Below are positions 38,909 to 48,590 of a DNA stretch of 64,000 nucleotides, piece after piece. A program made the position numbers and the translations under genes. The stretch covers positions 1,377 to 65,376 of the forward strand of contig JACOUE010000019.1 in the NCBI GenBank assembly GCA_016178045.1, given 5' to 3'. The first letter of the stretch is position 1. Every line of letters starts with the position of its first letter. Under the pieces are notes generated by a model. That model did no database searches. It was not told the origin of the DNA and saw only the letters and a list, made by a program, of their open reading frames with translations. Source of the stretch: Chloroflexota bacterium. GTDB taxonomy: Bacteria > Chloroflexota > Dehalococcoidia > SM23-28-2 > JACOUE01.

Positions 38909-39741
38909 ATCGCGTAATAGTATACCAGAGGTACCGTGAAGAGGACGCTGTCCAGGCGGTCGAGGAAGCCGCCGTGGCCCGGTACCACGGCCGAGGCGTC
39001 CTTCACCGCTGCGCCCCGCTTCACCAAGGACTCGCCAAGGTCGCCGGCCAGCGCCGCTATCGGGAGGAGAATCGCGAGCCCTGCGACGGGCCAGACGTCG
39101 ATGCGCAGGCCCGTCACCCAGTTCAGCGTTACGACCCCCAGGGACCCGGCCAGCATGCCGCCCAGGGCACCCTCCACGGTCTTTCCCGGGCTGATCCGCG
39201 GCGCCAGCTTCTGCCGGCCGATGGCCCGCCCGACGAAGTAGGCGCTCGTATCGACGATGAAGGTGCCGAATACGGCGACCATCAACCAGTCGCGGCCGTT
39301 GTCCAGGTGGCGGAGGAGGATCAGGTGGCTGCCCAGGAAGCCCACGTAGAGGATGCCCCCCAGCGCCCACAGCCAGTCGTGCAGGGCGGTCTCCACCTGC
39401 CCCTCGACGATGAGCCAGAGGAACGTGATGACGACGGCCAGGACGAGGGCGCCTGTCCACCAGTCGAGGCCGTTCTGGGCGCCCGCCACCAGCAGGGCGA
39501 CGGCGCCCGCCCCGATGTAGCCGAGCGGCCGCTGCCGCAGCAGGTGGGCGACAGCCGCGGCCGGTGTCGCCTCGGCGACGGCGGGGTCAGGGGGTGACGG
39601 GGCGACGGCGGCGTAGAACTCGAGGGCGGCAGCGGCCAGGATAAACGCGGCGGCGACGGCGTAGCCCACGCCGCCGATATGGATCAAGCCGAGGATGATG
39701 GGGACGCCAACGAGGGTGCTGGCGACCCTCTGGGGGAGCAT
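38893..39741 (-). CDS. cdsA: Phosphatidate cytidylyltransferase
   Basis: SAYFVGRAIGRQKLAPRISPGKTVEG...KDASAVVPGHGGFLDRLDS. Confidence 0.88.
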   Translation of the reverse strand: MLPQRVASTLVGVPIILGLIHIGGVGYAVAAAFILAAAALEFYAAVAPSPPDPAVAEATPAAAVAHLLRQRPLGYIGAGAVALLVAGAQNGLDWWTGALVLAVVITFLWLIVEGQVETALHDWLWALGGILYVGFLGSHLILLRHLDNGRDWLMVAVFGTFIVDTSAYFVGRAIGRQKLAPRISPGKTVEGALGGMLAGSLGVVTLNWVTGLRIDVWPVAGLAILLPIAALAGDLGESLVKRGAAVKDASAVVPGHGGFLDRLDSVLFTVPLVYYYAIWVAL

Positions 39742-40559
39742 CAGCGAGCGGTCTTGTCGGTGCCGGCGCGGCGCCCGTTACTCTGGCGCGTCTGGTAGTC
39801 GGCCTCTTCCGGAAGCAGGCCGCCGAAGCGGCGCTGGCGCTGGCTGTAGTCCAGCAGCGCCTCGTCTATGTCCTGCACGTCGAAGTCCGGCCAGCAGGCG
39901 GGGGTGGAGTAGAACTCGGCGTAGGCGCCCTGCCAGAGGAGGAAGTTGGAGACGCGCATCTCGCCGGCGGTGCGGATGATCAGGTCGGGGTCGGGGACGT
40001 GGGCGGTGTAGAGGTAGGCGGCGAAGACGTTCTCGTCCAACTGGTCCGGCGAGAGGCCGTCGGCGAGCATGCGGCGAATGGCGTCGAGGATCTCGGCGCG
40101 GCCGCCGTAGTTGAAGGCCACGCACAGGGTCATGCGGTCGTTGTCCTTGGTCAGCTCGATGGCGTCGAGCACCTCGGACTGGAGCCCGGGCGAGAGCCCG
40201 TCCAGGTCCCCGATGTGGATGAGGCGGATGCCGTTCTTGTGGAAGTGCTTGGTCTCGCGCTTGATGACGTGGCTGAGGATGCGCATGAGGCCGCGCACCT
40301 CCTGCTTGGGCCGGGCCCAGTTCTCGGTAGAGAAGGCGTAGAGGGTGAGGTACTTGACGCCGTAGTCGGCGAAGCGCTGGATGACGCGGCGGACGTTCTC
40401 CGTACCGGCGCGGTGCCCGGCCAGGCGGGGGAGGCCCCGCCGCTTGGCCCAGCGGCCGTTGCCGTCCATGATGATCGCTACGTGGTGGGGTACCTGCTTG
40501 AGGGGAAGCAGCGGCGCGGGGGGGCGGGCGCGTGAAGTGGAGCGCAGCGCGGTGACCAT
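39741..40559 (-). CDS. uppS: Isoprenyl (undecaprenyl) diphosphate synthase
   Basis: HVAIIMDGNGRWA...LTLYAFSTENW...RTAGEMRVSNFLLWQ. Confidence 0.92.
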   Translation of the reverse strand: MVTALRSTSRARPPAPLLPLKQVPHHVAIIMDGNGRWAKRRGLPRLAGHRAGTENVRRVIQRFADYGVKYLTLYAFSTENWARPKQEVRGLMRILSHVIKRETKHFHKNGIRLIHIGDLDGLSPGLQSEVLDAIELTKDNDRMTLCVAFNYGGRAEILDAIRRMLADGLSPDQLDENVFAAYLYTAHVPDPDLIIRTAGEMRVSNFLLWQGAYAEFYSTPACWPDFDVQDIDEALLDYSQRQRRFGGLLPEEADYQTRQSNGRRAGTDKTAR

Positions 40560-40605
40560 TTCTGTCTAAGTATAACGTCCGCCGGCGGCCACGGTTCTCC
40601 CTTGC

Positions 40606-41163
40606 TCAGACGGCAAGCAGCTCCGCTTCTTTCTCCTCCCCAACCTTGTCGATCTCCTTGATGAACTCGTCCGTGAGCTTCTGGAGCTCGTGCTCGGCGC
40701 GGTGGAGGTCGTCCTCGGAGATCTTGTGGTCGCGCTGGAGGGCGCGCAGCTCCTCGTGGTCGTCGCGGCGGACGTTGCGGACGGCCACCCGCCCTTCCTC
40801 CACGCGCCGGCGCACCAGCTTAGCCAGCTCCTTGCGGCGGTCCTCCGTGAGCTGGGGGATGGTGAGGCGGATAACGTTGCCGTCGTTGGCGGGCGTAAGC
40901 CCGAGGTCCGACTTCTGGATCGCCTTCTCGATGGCGGAGATGGATTGCTTGTCCCAGGGCTGGATGACGATGAGGCGCGCCTCGGGCGTGGAGATGCTCG
41001 CGATCTGCTTCAGCGGCGTGGGCGTGCCGTAGTAGTCAGCCTTCAGCCCTTCCACCAGCCCGGGGCTGGCCCGGCCGGTGCGGATGGTGGCCAGCTCCCG
41101 CCTGAGCGCTTCCACCGCTTTGACCATGCGCTGCTTGGCGTCGGCCAGGGCATCATCTATCAT
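40606..41163 (-). CDS. frr: Ribosome recycling factor
   Basis: [34 protein letters not shown]. Confidence 0.95.
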   Translation of the reverse strand: MIDDALADAKQRMVKAVEALRRELATIRTGRASPGLVEGLKADYYGTPTPLKQIASISTPEARLIVIQPWDKQSISAIEKAIQKSDLGLTPANDGNVIRLTIPQLTEDRRKELAKLVRRRVEEGRVAVRNVRRDDHEELRALQRDHKISEDDLHRAEHELQKLTDEFIKEIDKVGEEKEAELLAV

Positions 41164-41936
41164 CAGCCGCCCGCCTCCCGGCGCGCGCCGCTGGCCGCCC
41201 CCACCAGCACCGACTGGTGCGGGCCGATGACCGTCCCGATCTTGTCCCCCTGGGCCGCCCGCTCGATGCTGCTGCCCGCGCGCAGGTCAAAGACGATGAT
41301 GGGCAGGTTGTTCTCCATACAGAGCGAGAGGGCGGTGCTGTCCATCACCTGGAGGCGGCGGTTGAGGGCGTCCAGGTAGCTGATGGTCTGGAACTTGCGG
41401 GCCGAGGGGACCTTGCTGGGGTCGGCGTCGTAGACGCCGTCGACGTTGTTCTTGGCCATGAGCAGTACCTCGGCGTCGATCTCGATGGCGCGGAGGGCGG
41501 CGGCGGTGTCGGTGGTCATGTAGGGGTTGCCGGTGCCGGCGGCGAAGACGACGACGCGGCCCTTCTCCAGGTGGCGGATGGCGCGGCGGCGGATGTACGG
41601 CTCGGAGACGGCCTGCACGGTGATGGCCGACTGCGTCCGGACGACGGCGCCCATCTGCTCGAGGGCGTCCTGGAGGGCGAGGGCGTTGATGATGGTGGCC
41701 AGCATGCCGGCGTAGTCGGCGGTGGCGCGGTCCATGCCCCCTTCCGAAGCCGCGGAGCCGCGGAAGATGTTGCCGCCGCCCACGACCACTGCCGCCTGTA
41801 TGCCCATCTCCACCACGCCCTTGATCTGGCGGGCGATGGTCTTGAGGACGGTGGTATCGATGCCGTAGGAGAGGTCGCCCATGAGGGCTTCGCCGCTCAG
41901 TTTCAGCAGTATCCGGCTGTAGGCGGGCTTGGCCAT
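41163..41936 (-). CDS. pyrH: UMP kinase
   Basis: [13 protein letters not shown]...[10 protein letters not shown]...MDSTA. Confidence 0.95.
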   Translation of the reverse strand: MAKPAYSRILLKLSGEALMGDLSYGIDTTVLKTIARQIKGVVEMGIQAAVVVGGGNIFRGSAASEGGMDRATADYAGMLATIINALALQDALEQMGAVVRTQSAITVQAVSEPYIRRRAIRHLEKGRVVVFAAGTGNPYMTTDTAAALRAIEIDAEVLLMAKNNVDGVYDADPSKVPSARKFQTISYLDALNRRLQVMDSTALSLCMENNLPIIVFDLRAGSSIERAAQGDKIGTVIGPHQSVLVGAASGARREAGG

Positions 41937-41948
41937 GCGGCTTCCCTC

Positions 41949-42476
41949 CTATGGAGGGCTTGCCTCCTCCTTGTACCTCCCCAGCTCGAAGCGGGCGAAG
42001 CGGCGGACGCGGATGTTCTCGCCGATCTTGCCGATGGCTTCTTTAATCAGGTCGTCGATGGTGCGCGACTCGTCCTTGATGAACGGCTGGCGGAGGAGGC
42101 ACACCTCGGCGGGGTTCCCTTCGGTACCGTCCGGCACATCGCTTTCCGAGATGTAGCGGGGGTTCATGGCTGCCACCTGCATGGCGATGTCCTGGGCCAA
42201 CTGCCGGAACTCCTCTGTGCGGGCGACGAAGTCCGTCTCGCAGTCCAGCTCCACCAGCGCCCCGAGGCGGTCGCCGGGGTGGACGTAGGCGTGCACGACG
42301 CCTTCGGCGGTCTCGCGCTCCGCCTTCTTGGCGGCGAGGGCGAGCCCTTTCTCGCGGAGGATCTCCTTGGCCTTCTCCAGGTCGCCCTTGGCCTTCTCCA
42401 GGGCCTGCTTGCAGTCCAGCATCCCTGCACCCGTCAGCTCGCGCAGCTCTTTGACGGCGGTCGCGGATACGGTCAC
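41949..42476 (-). CDS. tsf: Elongation factor Ts (short form)
   Basis: [19 protein letters not shown]...[11 protein letters not shown]. Confidence 0.9.
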   Translation of the reverse strand: MTVSATAVKELRELTGAGMLDCKQALEKAKGDLEKAKEILREKGLALAAKKAERETAEGVVHAYVHPGDRLGALVELDCETDFVARTEEFRQLAQDIAMQVAAMNPRYISESDVPDGTEGNPAEVCLLRQPFIKDESRTIDDLIKEAIGKIGENIRVRRFARFELGRYKEEASPP

Positions 42477-42486
42477 CGGGGGTCTC

Positions 42487-43302
42487 CTACTCCGACGGTG
42501 CGCTCGCTTGCTCTTCGGGCACTTCGGCGGCGGCCTCCGGCCCGGGCTCGTCGGGCGAGAAGACGTAGCCCGCCTCCTGGTAGGCGGTCACTTCCTCCGC
42601 TTCCGCCTCCATCTCGGCCTTGGCCGCGTACTCGCGGGCGGTCAGACCCTCCAGGACGGCGTCGGCCATGCGGCCGGTGATGAGCTTGATGGCGCGGATG
42701 GCGTCGTCGTTGGAGGGGACAGGGTAGTCGATGACGTCCGGGTTGCAGTTAGTGTCGACCATCGCCACCACAAAGATGCCGACGCGGAGGGCCTCGGCCA
42801 GGCCGATGTGCTCCTTGCTGGGGTCGATGATGTAGATGGCGCCGGGGACGCGGGTCATCTCCTTGATGCCGGCGAGGTGGCGGTTGAGGCGGGCGATCTC
42901 CTCGTCCATCTTGGCGGCCTGCTTCTTGGGCAGGCGCTCCATCTCTCCCCGCAGCTTGGCGTCCTCGAGGCGGACCAGGTGGTCGATGCGGGACTGGATG
43001 GTGTGGAAGTTGGTGAGGGTGCCTCCCAGCCAGCGGGTGTTGACGTAGGGCATGCCGCAGCGCCTGGCCTCGGTCTCGATGGACTCCTGGGCCTGTCGCT
43101 TCGTGCCTACGAAGAGTATCGTTTCACCGCTGGCTACCAGGTCCTTTACGAACTCGCTCGCTTCTTCCAGCTTCTGGACCGTCTGCTGGAGGTCGATGAT
43201 GTGGATGCCGTTGCGCTCGGAAAAGATGAACTTCTTCATCTTGGGGTTCCAGCGCCGGGTTTGGTGCCCGAAGTGGACGCCGGCCTCCAGCAGAGACTTC
43301 AT
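42487..43302 (-). CDS. rpsB: 30S ribosomal protein S2
   Basis: [22 protein letters not shown] begins at ATG 43302. The ORF track extends 20 codons upstream. Confidence 0.93.
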   Translation of the reverse strand: MKSLLEAGVHFGHQTRRWNPKMKKFIFSERNGIHIIDLQQTVQKLEEASEFVKDLVASGETILFVGTKRQAQESIETEARRCGMPYVNTRWLGGTLTNFHTIQSRIDHLVRLEDAKLRGEMERLPKKQAAKMDEEIARLNRHLAGIKEMTRVPGAIYIIDPSKEHIGLAEALRVGIFVVAMVDTNCNPDVIDYPVPSNDDAIRAIKLITGRMADAVLEGLTAREYAAKAEMEAEAEEVTAYQEAGYVFSPDEPGPEAAAEVPEEQASAPSE

Positions 43303-43510
43303 TGATACCGCTGGCAATAAGCTAACCTCCTGTTGGGGGATATCCGAAGGCGAGTATAGCATAGGTGGCTTCGTAGCGTCATCGCCGCCGCCGGCGGGGC
43401 CTCTCAGGGGCCGGATGCGCCGATAAGTTGCACAGAAGCGGCAGGTTCGCTATATTTGGTAGGAAGGCTGCCCCAAAAGGGCGGTTTTCTCTACGTCTTG
43501 GAGGTCTGCC

Positions 43511-43771
43511 GTGCCCATTTACGAATACCGGTGTCCGCAGGGGCACCAGTATGAGCGCTCGGAGGGCTTCGACGCTCCCACCGAGCACGCCTGCCCCAGC
43601 TGCGGCGGCACCTCTCGTCGCCTCCTGAGCCTGCCCGCGGTCCTCTTCAAGGGACCCGGCTTCTACAGCACCGATAACCGCTCCGACGGGCACCGGCGCG
43701 AGGAGGGCGGGGACAGTGGGTCATCCCCCTCCGCCGCCGGCGACGAGTCGAAGTCGGAGTCCTCCGTCTAG
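43511..43771 (+). CDS. FmdB-family zinc-ribbon protein
   Basis: (M)[14 protein letters not shown]...CPSCGG... begins at GTG 43511 behind GGAGG. Confidence 0.75.
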   Translation: MPIYEYRCPQGHQYERSEGFDAPTEHACPSCGGTSRRLLSLPAVLFKGPGFYSTDNRSDGHRREEGGDSGSSPSAAGDESKSESSV

Positions 43772-43786
43772 GCCCTTCTCCCTTAC

Positions 43787-43814
43787 GGAACATGGAACAA
43801 GGAACAGGGAACAT
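43787..43814 (+). repeat. Four perfect tandem heptamers GGAACAN
   Basis: The sequence reads GGAACAT GGAACAA GGAACAG GGAACAT. GGAACAGGG (43801-43809) pairs with CCCTGTTCC (43823-43831). Confidence 0.7.
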
Positions 43815-43844
43815 GTCGCCGCCCCTGTTCCCCGGGGCTACGGG

Positions 43845-44291
43845 GTGCGCGCGGTAATCCAGCGGGTGAGCCGGGCCGCCGTCCACGTCGGCGACGAGCG
43901 TGTGGCCGCGGTCGGCCGCGGCCTTCTGATCCTCGTCGGCGTGGCCCAGGGCGACGGCGAGGAGGATGCCCGTAAGCTGGCGCGGAAGTGCGCCGAGCTG
44001 CGCATCTTCTCCGACGCCGACGGCAAGTTCAACCTGTCGCTGCTGGACGTGGGTGGAGAGGCGCTGGTGGTCAGCCAGTTCACCCTCCTGGCCGACTCGC
44101 GGAAGGGGCGGCGCCCCAGCTTCACGGACGCCGCGCCGCCGGAGGAGGCGGAGCCGCTGGTCAACGCCTTCGCGCAGGCGATGAGGGACGCGGGCGTGCC
44201 GACGCAGACGGGGCGCTTCGGGGCCCGGATGCGGGTGGAGCCGGTGAACGAGGGGCCGGTTACGATCCTGCTGGACAGCCGGGACCTGTAG
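43845..44291 (+). CDS. dtd: D-aminoacyl-tRNA deacylase
   Basis: The start is GTG 43845. (M)[12 protein letters not shown]...LLILVGV...VSQFTL. Confidence 0.9.
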   Translation: MRAVIQRVSRAAVHVGDERVAAVGRGLLILVGVAQGDGEEDARKLARKCAELRIFSDADGKFNLSLLDVGGEALVVSQFTLLADSRKGRRPSFTDAAPPEEAEPLVNAFAQAMRDAGVPTQTGRFGARMRVEPVNEGPVTILLDSRDL

Positions 44292-44294
44292 CCC

Positions 44295-45608
44295 TCACCC
44301 TCCAGGCCCAGGTCCAGCGCCGCCGCCGAGTGGGTGACGGCGGCCGCCGGACGCCTCCAGTACCGCCTTACCCTTCGCCAGGGCCACGACCTCCCGCATC
44401 GCTTCCACCGGCATGTTGTCCAGCAGCAACTCGTCGGCGCCGGCGGCCAGGGCCTCGCGCGCCTCCGCCACCGTCGTCACCTCCACCTCGATGGTCAGGC
44501 CCGGGTTGGCCTCGCGGGCGAGGCGCACCGCCTCGGCGATGCCGAGGCCGCGACGTCGCAGGGCGGCCAGGTGGTTGTCCTTGATGAGGACGCCCGCGGC
44601 CAAGTCCAGGCGGTGGTTGGCGCCGCCGCCCGCGCGCACGGCGTACTTCTCCAGCGCCCGCAGGGCGGGGACCGTCTTGCGGGTGTCGCGCAGGCGCGTC
44701 TTCGTCCCTGCCAGCGCCTCCACGAAGCGGGCGGCGGCCGTGGCCACGGGGACGAACTCGGCCGCCAGGCCCAGCGACTGGAAGTACGGCACCATCTCGT
44801 CACGCAGGACCAGGGACTCGGTCGCGTAGTGGGAGCCGCCGACGAGGTTGAGGCGGATGCGTTTCAGCGCCTCCTCAAACTTCGGGCGGAAATCCTCGGC
44901 CCAGGCGCCGCCGTGCCGGACGCGCCAGTCGCCGGTGAGGTAGGTGTCGCAGCCTAGGGCCTGCGCTTCCTCCATGAGCGGCGGGAAGGCGGCGCCCCCC
45001 GCCACCACCGCCACCCGCTCCACCACGGGGTGCGCCTGCTGCACCTGCACCATGGCCACGCCGCACGCCTTCTTCACGCGCTCCACGAAGCGGTCGAATG
45101 GCAGCGGGTCGACGCGGCCGTAGACACCGGCGTGGCCGCCGAAGTACCCGGCGAAGGTCCCGTCGCTGCGCAGGCCCACCGCGCCGGCGAGGGAGCGACT
45201 GGTGGAGGTGGCCTGGTGGCAGTCGAGGGGGGCGTGCGCCGCGTAGAGCGAGACGCGGCGCACGCGCAGGCGGTCCAGCCACTCGCGGGCGATGGGCAGA
45301 AGGCCGCGGCCGCCCGTCTCCATGTCCATGGGGTGGTGGGTGAAGATGAGGGCGCCGCGGGCCGCTCGGCTTGCGACCTCTGCGAGCACCTCGTCGGACG
45401 GGAAGACCAGGCAGAAGACCTGCGGTACCTCGTCCGTGTTGTCGAGCATGAGGCCGTTGAAGCGGGTGAGGAACTGCGGTGTGGCGTAATCCTCGATGGG
45501 GATGCCCGTCTCCCGGCAGAAGTCGATGATGGCGGCGAAGTCGTCAGTGGAGTAGCGCTCCAGGTGGAAGTATTCGTCGAGTCGGGCGACGAGGTCGGTG
45601 GCTCTCAA
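44295..45608 (-). CDS. Chimeric ORF: NIF3-like (DUF34) metal-centre protein fused in frame to a truncated quinolinate phosphoribosyltransferase (NadC) fragment
   Basis: The TTG start at 45608 overlaps the nadB stop (TTGA). NIF3 motifs are FTHHPMD and GGSHYATE. These are followed by NadC-like ATAAARFVEALAGTKTRLRDTRKT...LIKDNH...LLLDNM...LEASGG. The NadC N-terminal domain and part of its C-terminus are missing. Confidence 0.6.
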   Translation of the reverse strand: MRATDLVARLDEYFHLERYSTDDFAAIIDFCRETGIPIEDYATPQFLTRFNGLMLDNTDEVPQVFCLVFPSDEVLAEVASRAARGALIFTHHPMDMETGGRGLLPIAREWLDRLRVRRVSLYAAHAPLDCHQATSTSRSLAGAVGLRSDGTFAGYFGGHAGVYGRVDPLPFDRFVERVKKACGVAMVQVQQAHPVVERVAVVAGGAAFPPLMEEAQALGCDTYLTGDWRVRHGGAWAEDFRPKFEEALKRIRLNLVGGSHYATESLVLRDEMVPYFQSLGLAAEFVPVATAAARFVEALAGTKTRLRDTRKTVPALRALEKYAVRAGGGANHRLDLAAGVLIKDNHLAALRRRGLGIAEAVRLAREANPGLTIEVEVTTVAEAREALAAGADELLLDNMPVEAMREVVALAKGKAVLEASGGRRHPLGGGAGPGPGG

Positions 45609-47146
45609 GCGCCTCTCCGGAACACGATGTGCCGGCGCCACTCCTCCCGCGGCTCGGGGAAGTCCGAGCGGTAGTGGGCGCCCCGGCTCTCCTCCCGCAT
45701 GAGCGCCGCCTCCGTGGTGAGCCGGGCGCAGGCCAGCAGGTTCGCCAGCTCGTGCGAAGGCCGGTCGCCCGGCGGCGACGCCGTCGCCTGCCAGGCTGAG
45801 AGCAGCGCCTTCGCCTCGGCCAGGGACCGGCCGTCGCGCACGATGCCGACCTTGTCCCACATCAGCGACTGGAGCGCCGCCAGGTCCAGGGGCGGGGCCT
45901 CCCCTGCCGCCGCCTGGCTGAGGTCGACGGCAGCGGGTGCCGGCTCCGCCGTCGTCCCGAGGGACTCGACGCTGCGGTGCACCACCCGCTTGGCGAAAAC
46001 CACCGTCTCCAGCAGCGAGTTGCTGGCCAGCCGGTTGGCGCCGTGGACACCGGTGCAGGCGCACTCGCCACAGGCGTAGAGGCCAGGGAGGGTGGTCTCC
46101 CCCCAGACGTTGGTGCGCACCCCGCCCATGGTGTAGTGGGCGGCAGGGGAGACGGGCACCGGTTCCTTCGTCATGTCCACGCCGTGCTCCAAGCAGAAGC
46201 GGTAGATCTGGGGGAAGCGGGCGATCACCTTCGGCGGGGGCAGGCGGCGCACGTCCAGTAGCACGTGGTCGGCGTCCGTCTTCCCCATCTCCGCGACGAT
46301 GCCGCGGGCGACGATGTCGCGGGGGGCCAGCTCCGCCTTCGGGTGGTGCTCCGGCATGAACCGCTCGCCCCGGACGTTGAGGAGCAGGCCGCCCTCGCCG
46401 CGCACGGCCTCCGAGATGAGAAACGGTTGCACGCCGGGCTTTCGCAGCGCCGTAGGGTGGAACTGGAAGAACTCCATGTCCATGACCTCGGCCCCTGCCC
46501 GGTAGGCCAGGGCGATACCGTCGCCCGTGGCGACGGTCGGGTTGGTGCTGACGCGGTACATCTGCCCGGCGCCGCCCGTGGCCAGGATCAGGTGGCGGCA
46601 CTCGAACCGCCTTGCCGTCCCCGACCGCCACTCGAGGGCGTCGATGCCGGTCACGTGCCCGCCTTCGACGACGATTCGCGCGGCCAGGCTCTCCTCTATC
46701 ACCGTGACCCGCGACAGCTTGACGATGCCGGACAGGGTCAGCTCGATGTGGGCGCCGGTGGAGTCGCCGCCGGCGTGCACGACGCGGGGGACGCTGTGGG
46801 CGCCCTCCTGGCTGAGGGCGATCTCCCCCCCGACGGTGTCGAAGGGAACGCCCAGCCGCACCAGGTCGTCGATGCGGTCGGCGGCCTCCTCAGCCAGGAG
46901 GCGGGCCGCCTCCTCGTCGACGAGGCCGGCGCCGGCGGACACGGTGTCCCGCCAGTGCAGCGCGGGCGAGTCCTGGCCGCCGATGGGGGCGGCGATGCCG
47001 CCCTGGGCGTAGCGGGTGTTGCACTCGTCGATGGAGCCCTTGGTGACGACGAGGACGCTGCCATGCTCGCGGGCGAGGAGGGCGGCGTAGAGGCCGGCAA
47101 TGCCGGAGCCGATGATGATGTAGTCGTACGAAGCGTCAGGGGGCAT
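45605..47146 (-). CDS. nadB: L-aspartate oxidase
   Basis: YDYIIIGSGIAGLYAAL...YAQGGIAA... Confidence 0.93.
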   Translation of the reverse strand: MPPDASYDYIIIGSGIAGLYAALLAREHGSVLVVTKGSIDECNTRYAQGGIAAPIGGQDSPALHWRDTVSAGAGLVDEEAARLLAEEAADRIDDLVRLGVPFDTVGGEIALSQEGAHSVPRVVHAGGDSTGAHIELTLSGIVKLSRVTVIEESLAARIVVEGGHVTGIDALEWRSGTARRFECRHLILATGGAGQMYRVSTNPTVATGDGIALAYRAGAEVMDMEFFQFHPTALRKPGVQPFLISEAVRGEGGLLLNVRGERFMPEHHPKAELAPRDIVARGIVAEMGKTDADHVLLDVRRLPPPKVIARFPQIYRFCLEHGVDMTKEPVPVSPAAHYTMGGVRTNVWGETTLPGLYACGECACTGVHGANRLASNSLLETVVFAKRVVHRSVESLGTTAEPAPAAVDLSQAAAGEAPPLDLAALQSLMWDKVGIVRDGRSLAEAKALLSAWQATASPPGDRPSHELANLLACARLTTEAALMREESRGAHYRSDFPEPREEWRRHIVFRRGA

Positions 47147-47152
47147 CGGCGG

Positions 47153-48370
47153 CTAGGGCACCGCCAGCATCCGCTCCAGGGCGATGCGGGCCCAGCGGGC
47201 GGTCTCGTCGTCGACCTTGAGGTGGTTGACGACGCGCCCTTCCGCCAGGGACTCGACGGCCCAGCAGAGGTAGGTTGGGTGGATGCGGTACATCGTGGAG
47301 CAGGGGCAGACCACCGGGTCGAGGCAGAAGACAAGCTTGTCGGGGTTCTCGCGGGCCAGGCGCGACACCAGGTTGATCTCCGTGCCCACGGCCCACTCGC
47401 TGTCGGCGGGCGCCTCGCTTATGGTCCGGGCGATGAACTCCGTGGAGCCGTCCATGTCCGCCGCCTGCACCACCTCCATACGGCACTCCGGGTGGACGAT
47501 GACGTTGATGCCGGGGTGCCTGCGCCGCGCCGCCTCGATCTGGTCGACGCTGAAGCGGAGGTGGACGGAGCAGTGGCCCTTCCAGAGGATCACCCTGGCC
47601 CGCTCCAGCTGCTCGAGGGCGTTGCCGCCGAGGCTGCCGTAGGGGAGCGTGTAGTCCCAGACCGGCATCTCGTCCAGGGCGATGTCCAGCTTGAGGCCGG
47701 TGTTCCGCCCCAGGTGCTGGTCGGGGAAGAAGAGGACGCGCTCGCCCCGCTCGAAGGCCCACTCGAACACCTTCCTGGCGTTCGAGGAGGTGCAGACGAT
47801 GCCGCCGTTCTTGCCGCAGAACGCCTTGAGGCTGGCGGCGGAGTTCATGTAGGTGACGGGGACGATGCCGCCGACGCCTGCGTCCCGCAGCTCGTCCCAG
47901 GAGGCGTAGACGTCTTCGGGGTCGGCCATGTCGGCCATGGAGCAGCCGGCGGACATGTTGGGGAGGATCACCTTCTGGTGGGGCTGGCTCAGGATGTCGG
48001 CCGATTCGGCCATGAAGTGGACGCCGCAGAAGACGATGTACTGCGCCTCGGCCTGCTGGGAGGCCCACCGCGCCAGCTTGAAGGAGTCGCCCCGCAGGTC
48101 GGCGAACTGGATGATGTCCTCCCGCTGGTAGTGATGGCCCAGGACGATGCAGCGCTTGCCCAGCTTCTCGCGGGCGACGCGGACGCGCTCGATTATCTCC
48201 GGCGCGGTGAGGTGCCAGTACTCCTCGGGGATGTCCTTCTGCCAGAAGGCGAAGGCGTGCTCCTCGGCGAGGGGTTTCGTGTCCAGGGCGCGGTCGGTGG
48301 GGCACTCCATTGCCTCATTGAGGACGTCCTCCTCGGAGATGAGAGTGATGGTTTTTGCGTTGGCGGCCAC
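47153..48370 (-). CDS. nadA: Quinolinate synthase
   Basis: The start is GTG 48370. The sequence has type-III-like NadA features (ILPNMSAGCSMAD, HPEC, VVCPCSTM). Confidence 0.93.
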   Translation of the reverse strand: MAANAKTITLISEEDVLNEAMECPTDRALDTKPLAEEHAFAFWQKDIPEEYWHLTAPEIIERVRVAREKLGKRCIVLGHHYQREDIIQFADLRGDSFKLARWASQQAEAQYIVFCGVHFMAESADILSQPHQKVILPNMSAGCSMADMADPEDVYASWDELRDAGVGGIVPVTYMNSAASLKAFCGKNGGIVCTSSNARKVFEWAFERGERVLFFPDQHLGRNTGLKLDIALDEMPVWDYTLPYGSLGGNALEQLERARVILWKGHCSVHLRFSVDQIEAARRRHPGINVIVHPECRMEVVQAADMDGSTEFIARTISEAPADSEWAVGTEINLVSRLARENPDKLVFCLDPVVCPCSTMYRIHPTYLCWAVESLAEGRVVNHLKVDDETARWARIALERMLAVP

Positions 48371-48396
48371 GGGCGCGACCCTTTCCAGCGGGACTT

Positions 48397-48413
48397 AGTG
48401 TAAGACCTACACT
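48397..48413. promoter_or_regulatory. Palindrome AGTGT-N7-ACACT (candidate NrtR operator 1)
   Basis: AGTGTaagacctACACT lies just downstream of the predicted nadA transcription start. Confidence 0.45.
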
Positions 48414-48425
48414 TTCTTGACCTTC

Positions 48426-48454
48426 AGGCTAGCACAGGCGGGAGAAAGTGTCAA
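48426..48454 (-). promoter_or_regulatory. Candidate nadA promoter (TTGACA-17-TAGCCT on the minus strand)
   Basis: On the plus strand these read tgtcaa (48449-48454) and aggcta (48426-48431), with a 17-nt spacer. Confidence 0.45.
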
Positions 48455-48463
48455 GGGGACACT
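48447..48463. promoter_or_regulatory. Palindrome AGTGT-N7-ACACT (candidate NrtR operator 2, overlaps the -35)
   Basis: AGTGTcaaggggACACT lies 50 bp, centre to centre, from operator 1. Confidence 0.45.
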
Positions 48464-48468
48464 CAGGG

Positions 48469-48497
48469 GGTAGTGGGTCAGAAACTGACCCACTACC
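48469..48497 (-). terminator. Perfect 13-bp-arm hairpin (GGTAGTGGGTCAG aaa CTGACCCACTACC)
   Basis: It lies downstream of hicA and upstream of the nadA promoter. No U-tract is present. Confidence 0.45.
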
Positions 48498-48530
48498 GGC
48501 TGGAGGGGCAGCCTATCATGGCACCGGGCC

Positions 48531-48590
48531 TTAGAACACCACCGGCCGGCGCTCGCGGAAGGCGTAGGGCTGGGCGAGGCGGTAGCGGCT
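48531..48590 (-). repeat. Displaced copy C of the nrtR 3' end
   Basis: It would encode SRYRLAQPYAFRERRPVVF*. It aligns with 49957-50015 and 49084-49140. Confidence 0.7.

Noticed and set aside
43787-43814. GGAAC heptamers considered as stacked ECF sigma -35 elements.
   Set aside because: No CGT-type -10 element lies at 16-17 nt spacing from any of the four units.
48371-48530. The nadA leader considered as an NAD+ riboswitch (nadA motif).
   Set aside because: The two hairpins are short symmetric DNA palindromes positioned over the -35 and the start site. They fit repressor operators (GT-N7-AC) better. I could not match the tandem-domain riboswitch consensus from memory, so a covariance-model scan would be needed to be sure.
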